Of a stretch of 64,000 nucleotides of DNA, positions 58,269 to 64,000 are shown one piece after another (the first letter of the stretch is position 1; the number at the start of each line of letters is the position of its first letter). The position numbers and the translations under genes were made by a program. The notes under the pieces were generated by a model that had not been told where the DNA came from, searched no databases, and worked only from the letters and a program-made list of their open reading frames with translations. This DNA comes from Armatimonadota bacterium (lineage in GTDB: Bacteria; Armatimonadota; Fimbriimonadia; Fimbriimonadales; GBS-DC), in the NCBI GenBank assembly GCA_037444405.1, contig JBBIML010000006.1, positions 96,001-160,000 on the forward strand, in the 5' to 3' direction.

Positions 58269-59334
58269 GCGTCAGCGCGGCAGCACCTACGCGATAGCGC
58301 TGATTGTGCTAACAGTGCTGGGCACGCTGGCGACGATGCTCGGCTGGAGCGCGCTGATGCAGAGCCGACAGGCGCAGGCGAAGGAGACCCAGCTGCGCCT
58401 CGATTCGCTGCTCGCCAGCGGCGTCACCTACGCCTGCTGGGCACGCTGCTATCAGGGAAGAAACCTGCCCTTCACCTTTACGCTTAATCTGAGCGAAGGG
58501 CGAGTCGTGGGGCGCGTGAGCCAGAATAAGCGCTACGGCGATAACGCGATGGAGGTGCGCGTCACAGCGACCTATAAAGACCATACCAAGACGCTCACCC
58601 GCATCATTGATGGCAGCCAGAAAGCCCGCAGCACCACCGAGTTCGCCCTGTTCCTCGATGAGGAGCTGGTGGTGGATGGCGGCAGGAAGCTGACCCTGAA
58701 GGGCGACCTGCGCGCCAACAACAACATCCAGGTCAAACCCGGCGGCACCCTGAGCGTGCAGGGCGCGGTCAGCACCAGCCGCCAGATTATCACCGGGACA
58801 CTTACTGGATTCACCGCCACCCTCTATATGGAGCAGTGGGCCCAGGTTATGCCCGATGACCTGCCCGATATCGGCGAGCTGTACTCGCAAGCCACACAGG
58901 TGGTTGCCGGCAATCAGAACCTGCCGTTCGGACTGACTCTGACCAACAAATCGGTCTACTATGTGCAGGGCAATCTGCAGATTCAGGGCGCTCTGAAGGG
59001 CTGCGCGATTATCGTGGCGGAAGGCAATATTGTGTTCACGGGCGACACCAGCTACGCCGACAACGACTCGCTGTTCGTGTTCTTTGCGGAGGGCAACATC
59101 GAGGTGCCCGATAACGCCCGCGTGTCGGGGCTGCTTATCAGCCTCGATGGGAATGTGAAACTGGGCAACAGGGCGCAGGTCAACGGCGGGATTATCATTC
59201 TGGATGGCGATTTGCAGCTGCAGGGCGAGGCACAGCTCGAACATGACCCGCGCATTAACGCCGACCTCTTCCGCGAGCTGACTCGCCTGCAGGAAACTAC
59301 GGGGGGGCTCCCCGTCCTCGTGCCGTTCCCGTGA
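58249..59334 (+). CDS. GspK/PilX-like protein with C-terminal beta-helix repeats
   Basis: RQRG|STYAIALIVL lacks Glu5; repeated xxGNxxx motifs; alternative start 58213. Confidence 0.7.
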   Translation: MRTHGVRRQRGSTYAIALIVLTVLGTLATMLGWSALMQSRQAQAKETQLRLDSLLASGVTYACWARCYQGRNLPFTFTLNLSEGRVVGRVSQNKRYGDNAMEVRVTATYKDHTKTLTRIIDGSQKARSTTEFALFLDEELVVDGGRKLTLKGDLRANNNIQVKPGGTLSVQGAVSTSRQIITGTLTGFTATLYMEQWAQVMPDDLPDIGELYSQATQVVAGNQNLPFGLTLTNKSVYYVQGNLQIQGALKGCAIIVAEGNIVFTGDTSYADNDSLFVFFAEGNIEVPDNARVSGLLISLDGNVKLGNRAQVNGGIIILDGDLQLQGEAQLEHDPRINADLFRELTRLQETTGGLPVLVPFP

Positions 59335-59398
59335 AGGAGTGGATATTGCCTGGCACAGGGAGATTTATTGACGCAGTACGGGCGCGGTCACCGCGCCC

Positions 59399-61126
59399 GT
59401 GCCACAGAAGGAGGCTTTATCGATGAGACGATGGCGCTGGATTCGGAACGGTCATTCGGCAGACCCTGAGCGGTCAGGTCTGTCAGGGCAGGAGCACGGG
59501 TGTGATGCTCGCGTCCCTGCAGGAGGGGGCGCGCAGCCAGTGCGCACGGCTGTCCTGCTGATGTCGTTGCTGTTGTGGGGCGCGCTCGCGACACGCTCCA
59601 CCCTCCTGCTGACAGCTTGCGTCGGACTGAGCGTGGCGACGCTGTTGCTCTGGCAGCAGGAGCGCCGGTCGGAGGGTCAGCGTCCGATGGCCTGGGCGCT
59701 GCTCTGGCTGATTGCCTGCGCCCTGCTGATTCTTTCGCCCGAGCCGTCGCGCACATGGTGGATGGCAGGCGCGTTCGGATTAGCAGCGGGATGGGCTGGC
59801 GGGAGCCGTCTCTGGCGCACGCTGGGCGTTACGATGGCGGTGTTCGCCAGCATCGAGTGGCAGATGCTCGGTGATGGGTTGACCCTCAGCCTGCAGAGCG
59901 CGTCGGCACTGTGGGGGTTAGCCGAGCAGCTGCTGCGAATCGGCTCGCTGGGGCTGGGTGCATGGCTGATCGGGCGCGCACCGGCGGGCGATTCGGCGCC
60001 CGTGAAGCAGGCTGTGGAGCCTGTGCCGTTAGAGAACCTGCCGCACCCGCGCTTCCTCTCTCAGCGGTTGAGCGTCTACCTGCAGCAGCATCTGCCGCGC
60101 CTGCAGGCGGAAGGCGCGGTGCTGTATCTGTACGATTTGCGCGCGGGCGCCCTGGATGCCGTTCTACGGCTGGGAGCGTTGCCCGATTTAGTCAAGCAGC
60201 GGGCGCGCGTGCCGATGGGCGACGGGATGGTGGGCGTGTGCGCCGCCACGGGGCGACCGCTGGCGTTCCTCTCGCTGCTGAAGCCGCCCGCTGACCTGCC
60301 GCGCAATGTGGCATGGGAGGGCGCACCCAGCCTCTGTGTGCCCCTGTTCGACCCCGCCAGCCCCAGCGGGCGACCGCTCGGCGTGCTTCAACTCACAGGA
60401 ACCCACCTCTCGATGGAGATTCTGCCACTTGCCCTATCGGTTGCCGCTCGTCTTGCCGAAGCGCTGGCAATCGTGCGCCAGCGCGAAGCCGAGCAGCTAG
60501 CAAACTTCCAGAAGCTGAGCGCGATTGTCGCTCAGGTGGAAGAGCAAAGCCCCCACACGCGCGGGCACTCCCATCGCGTGGCGGCGCTGTGCGACCTGCT
60601 CGCCGAAGAGCTGGGGCTGGAACCCGAGCTGCGCGAGAAGCTGCGCATCGCCGCGCTTTTCCACGACATCGGCAAAACGCGCGTGCCGCCCGAAATCCTC
60701 AACAAAGAGGGCGCACTCACCGATGAAGAGAAACTCCAGATCCGCCGATACCCCATCCACAGCGTGGAAATCTGCGGCGGTATGGGCTTCGACGAGGATG
60801 TGCTGTTCCTGGTCCGGCACCATGGCGAGCGGCTGGATGGCTCGGGCTATCCCGATGGGCTGGACGCCGCGCGTCAGCCTTTGGCGCTGCGCATCCTTGC
60901 CGTCGCCGATGTGTTCGACACGATGGCATGCACGCGCGCCTATCGCGACGCCTTAAGCACCGAAGAGCGCCTGCGCGAGCTGTCGCGCCTGGCGGGCACC
61001 AAGCTGGATATCCTGGTGGTGGAGACCCTGCGTCGGGCGCACCTGCAGGGGCGACTGGAGCCAATCTACAACGAGCTGCTGCGTAATCCGCTGGCGAGTC
61101 AGGAGCCGAAGCTGCTGGCGGCATAG
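59399..61126 (+). CDS. Membrane GAF + HD-GYP domain protein
   Basis: Transmembrane helices; GAF (GDGMVG, LCVPL); TRGHSHRV, HDIGK, DGSGYP, AVADVFD. Exact start uncertain. Confidence 0.85.
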   Translation: MPQKEALSMRRWRWIRNGHSADPERSGLSGQEHGCDARVPAGGGAQPVRTAVLLMSLLLWGALATRSTLLLTACVGLSVATLLLWQQERRSEGQRPMAWALLWLIACALLILSPEPSRTWWMAGAFGLAAGWAGGSRLWRTLGVTMAVFASIEWQMLGDGLTLSLQSASALWGLAEQLLRIGSLGLGAWLIGRAPAGDSAPVKQAVEPVPLENLPHPRFLSQRLSVYLQQHLPRLQAEGAVLYLYDLRAGALDAVLRLGALPDLVKQRARVPMGDGMVGVCAATGRPLAFLSLLKPPADLPRNVAWEGAPSLCVPLFDPASPSGRPLGVLQLTGTHLSMEILPLALSVAARLAEALAIVRQREAEQLANFQKLSAIVAQVEEQSPHTRGHSHRVAALCDLLAEELGLEPELREKLRIAALFHDIGKTRVPPEILNKEGALTDEEKLQIRRYPIHSVEICGGMGFDEDVLFLVRHHGERLDGSGYPDGLDAARQPLALRILAVADVFDTMACTRAYRDALSTEERLRELSRLAGTKLDILVVETLRRAHLQGRLEPIYNELLRNPLASQEPKLLAA

Positions 61127-61127
61127 A

Positions 61128-61778
61128 TTAGCGCGGGCGGTGCTGGCGTCGCATCCAGAGCCAGCCGAGCGGTAGCCCGATCAGCGCACCCAGCAGGGCG
61201 CCCCAGCTGCCGAACGCCCAGTAGCCCAGCCAGCCCAGAATCGCAGGGGGTAACCCCAGCACCAGCAGATAGACCATCAGCAGCCCCGCCACCATGCCCC
61301 CCATCAAGCCGACCAGCGCGCCCGGAACACAGCCCACAATCCCGCACGGCAGCCCAACGAGGAAGCCCGCCACCAGCCCCAGCCCTGCGAACAGCCCCGA
61401 CAGCAGCTGCGCCCACACAGGCAGCGTGTGGGTCTGCACCTGCACGCGCTGGAGCCGTTGCTGATAGCCCGCCCGCACCTGCATGTAGGGGTCGCGCGGG
61501 GAAGCGCGCACCGAAGGCGGTCTGGGCGGTGTGGCTGTGCCGCCGCCGTTCTGGCGCGCCGCATCGTACGCTGCCCGCCGCGCCGGGTTGCCCAGAATCG
61601 CGTACGCCGCGTTCACCCGCTTCATCTTCTCTTCATACTCGCGCTGCTTGCCGTCGGGCGCATGATCGGGATGGTAGCGGCGTGCCAGCTGGCGATAGGC
61701 TTGCCGAATCGCCTCCTGTGAGGCGTCGGGCGTCAGCCCCAGCTCCCGATAGGCGTCCCAGTGCCGTTCGAACCGCAT
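61128..61778 (-). CDS. J-domain protein with C-terminal transmembrane helices
   Basis: YRQLARRYHPD, VNAAYAIL; hydrophobic Gly-rich C-terminus. Confidence 0.88.
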   Translation of the reverse strand: MRFERHWDAYRELGLTPDASQEAIRQAYRQLARRYHPDHAPDGKQREYEEKMKRVNAAYAILGNPARRAAYDAARQNGGGTATPPRPPSVRASPRDPYMQVRAGYQQRLQRVQVQTHTLPVWAQLLSGLFAGLGLVAGFLVGLPCGIVGCVPGALVGLMGGMVAGLLMVYLLVLGLPPAILGWLGYWAFGSWGALLGALIGLPLGWLWMRRQHRPR

Positions 61779-61810
61779 CGCCCCCTTCTATTGTACACCA
61801 GAAACGGCTT

Positions 61811-62725
61811 TTAGAGGGGTGGGCGGATGGGCAGAAAGGTGAGCATCAGGCGCAGCAGGCTCTTGACGCGCAGCGGGTAGAGGCGCAGGGAGTGCAAGTA
61901 CGCCTGTCGCGCCCGATGCCGATTGCCCAGCAGGGCGTACTCCGTGCCCAGACAGGCGTAGGAGTGCGCCAGTGCCAATCGCATCGCCCGCGCGTCGTTC
62001 GCCCGCTGCCACAATCGCGCCTCGTTCGCATGGATGGTCTCTTCACGCACGCGCACATCGTCCTCGTACACGCGCCGATGCTGGAACGAGGCGTTCGCCC
62101 CATGCACCCGATAGAAGGTTAACGGCTCATCGATGAAGGCGATGTCGTACTCCAGTGCAATCCGAAACCACATCTCCCAGTCGCCGGAGCCGAACAGGTC
62201 TTCGCGGAAGCCGCCCAGCCGCTCAAAGCATTCCCGGCGCACCAGCACCGACGAGGCGATAATCTTATTGCAGCGCACCAGCGCCTCGATGATGTTGCCC
62301 GACGGCGTTCGGGGCCACTCGAAGCCCAGCGGGTTGCCCCACAGGAGATTGCCTTCGGCGTCGATGAAGCGTCCATCGGTATGCACCAGCCCCACCTGCG
62401 GCTGCGCCTCTAAAATCGCGACCTGCTTTTCCAGTTTGGTGGGCGCCCAGCGGTCATCGGAGTTCAGAATCGCCAGATAGCGCCCGCGCGACTCCGCGAT
62501 ACAGCGATTGAGCGTCGGATAGGTGCCGCGATTGGGCTGGGTGAACAGGCGGATGCGCTCCCCGTAGCTGCGCAACAGCTCGACGGAGTGATCCGTGCTG
62601 CCGTCGTCCACCGCCACAATCTCATAGTCGGTGAAGGTCTGCTCGAACACGCTTTGCAGGGCGTCGGGCAGGAACCGCGCGTGATTATAGCTGGGTATCA
62701 GCACGCTCACCGTCGGCTGGCTCAT
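61811..62725 (-). CDS. GT2 family glycosyltransferase
   Basis: VSVLIPSYN, VDDGSTD, LNSDD; start ATG 62725. Confidence 0.9.
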   Translation of the reverse strand: MSQPTVSVLIPSYNHARFLPDALQSVFEQTFTDYEIVAVDDGSTDHSVELLRSYGERIRLFTQPNRGTYPTLNRCIAESRGRYLAILNSDDRWAPTKLEKQVAILEAQPQVGLVHTDGRFIDAEGNLLWGNPLGFEWPRTPSGNIIEALVRCNKIIASSVLVRRECFERLGGFREDLFGSGDWEMWFRIALEYDIAFIDEPLTFYRVHGANASFQHRRVYEDDVRVREETIHANEARLWQRANDARAMRLALAHSYACLGTEYALLGNRHRARQAYLHSLRLYPLRVKSLLRLMLTFLPIRPPL

Positions 62726-62785
62726 CGATTCGATTGTACCTGTCGCGCGAGGAAGATTCAGGGTCAATCAGGTACACTTGCACTG

Positions 62786-64000
62786 ATGGAGACGCCATTC
62801 GCGACGCAGGTGCGGGCGCGGGAGCGGGCGCACCTGCAGGAATGGCTCCAGCAGGTGGCGCAGGGCAACGGTGGCATTCTAATCCTGATGGGCGACTGGG
62901 GCATGGGGCGCACCAGTCTGCTCCGCGACGCGCTGGCGCACGCGCCGACCATCGGGCTGATCACCGCCGACACATGGTGTCGGGGCGAGCATGGTGAGCC
63001 AGGTTGGATGCCCCTCGCCTCTCTGATGGAGCAGTTGCTACGCCATTTCGGCGAGGAGCCGCTCGCGCAGCCTCTGCAGGAGGGACTGCAGCAGTGGCTG
63101 GCGTTCCCGCAATCGTGGCATATCCCCGCCCAGTTCATTCGCCCGCTGCGCGCGCTGGCACGCAAGCGCGGGCTGCTGCTGTGCATCGACGATCTGCATC
63201 TCGCCTCCGAACAGCTCTGTCGCCTGATCCAGAGCTGGCTCTCGGGCATCCGCTTCGAACCGATTGGACTGCTGCTGACCATCTGCACGCCGATTGAGCA
63301 TCCGCTGCTCCATGAGCTGATTCGGCGTGGCGAGCAACACGGCGTCGCGCGCACGCTTACGCTGGAGCCACTGAATCGCGAGCAGGTGCGGGCGCTGATC
63401 GAATGCTGGCGCCCCGCGCTCGCGGGCGATGAGACGCTCGCCGAAGCGCTGCAGGTGCAGACCGCTGGCAATCTATTGCTGATCACGGAGATTTTGCGCA
63501 ACGCGGAGACGTGGGAGGCGGAGTGGCACGCGCGGCGCGAGCTGACGACCATTGTGCCGACCAGCCTGCGCACGCCCATCCTGCAGCGGATGCAGACTCT
63601 GCAGGCGCGGGAGCGTGAACTGCTGCAGTGGCTCAGCTGCTTTGAAAGCGCGATTCCTGAGGCGATTCTGCCTGCGCTCATGAACTGCAATGAGCGGCGG
63701 ATTGCCCAGTGGGTGGCGAGCCTGTTGCGCACGGGCTGGCTGGAACCTGCGCGCCAGCAACCCCACGCGCTCGCCTGGCGCCACCCGCTCGTGCGAAAGG
63801 TCATCTACGAGACCATCCCGACCCATCGCCGCGCCGCCATGCACCGCCAGATCGCCGAGCGGCTCGAACAGAACCCGCTGCTGCCCGACGAGCAACGCTG
63901 GTGGCACTGGACGCACGCGGAACCCGATTCCATCGTGCTGGAGCGGCTCTGGAACGCTTATCTGCAGGCACGCCAGCATGCCAATCCGCGATTCCGTCTG
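62786..64000 (+). CDS. STAND/AAA_16-type ATPase (partial, runs off the right edge)
   Basis: Not in the ORF track. Hand translation: METPFATQVRARERAHLQ..ILILMGDWGMGRTSLL..LLLCIDDLHLA..TAGNLLLI..WRHPLVRKVIY. Confidence 0.75.
   Translation, partial: METPFATQVRARERAHLQEWLQQVAQGNGGILILMGDWGMGRTSLLRDALAHAPTIGLITADTWCRGEHGEPGWMPLASLMEQLLRHFGEEPLAQPLQEGLQQWLAFPQSWHIPAQFIRPLRALARKRGLLLCIDDLHLASEQLCRLIQSWLSGIRFEPIGLLLTICTPIEHPLLHELIRRGEQHGVARTLTLEPLNREQVRALIECWRPALAGDETLAEALQVQTAGNLLLITEILRNAETWEAEWHARRELTTIVPTSLRTPILQRMQTLQARERELLQWLSCFESAIPEAILPALMNCNERRIAQWVASLLRTGWLEPARQQPHALAWRHPLVRKVIYETIPTHRRAAMHRQIAERLEQNPLLPDEQRWWHWTHAEPDSIVLERLWNAYLQARQHANPRFRL

Noticed and set aside
62764..63804. 346-aa minus-strand ORF
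   Set aside because: Antisense shadow of the plus-strand ATPase starting at 62786.

Overview
High-GC bacterial chromosomal window; gene content suggests an Armatimonadota-like thermophile (inference only). Left end (1-13.8 kb, minus strand): a prepilin/pseudopilin operon with unusually large minor-pilin-like proteins and two very large secreted beta-propeller-type proteins. Housekeeping genes follow: queG, tRNA-Ser(GCT), prmC, a lone E2 acyltransferase, gap, ppdK, ribF, serA, serC, hslU, alaS, an IscA/ErpA-type gene and a second pseudopilin cluster. Accessory elements: (i) a Hen1-Pnkp RNA-repair operon collapsed by internal deletions beside an internally deleted VapC toxin-antitoxin pair bracketed by palindromic repeats; (ii) a 421-aa LAGLIDADG intein in the PPDK active-site motif; (iii) a ~190-nt rod-shaped RNA candidate upstream of ppdK; (iv) a DUF1156 methyltransferase-DUF499 ATPase-SNF2/DUF3883 defence module with three frameshifts and strong blockwise strand-composition skew; (v) a low-GC two-gene cassette between serC and serA pairing a beta-class DNA methyltransferase with an Endonuclease-III-like HhH-GPD/[4Fe-4S] glycosylase. 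Item (v) is the best candidate for an undescribed system, possibly glycosylase-based restriction-modification. All family assignments come from motif recognition by eye; no searches were run.
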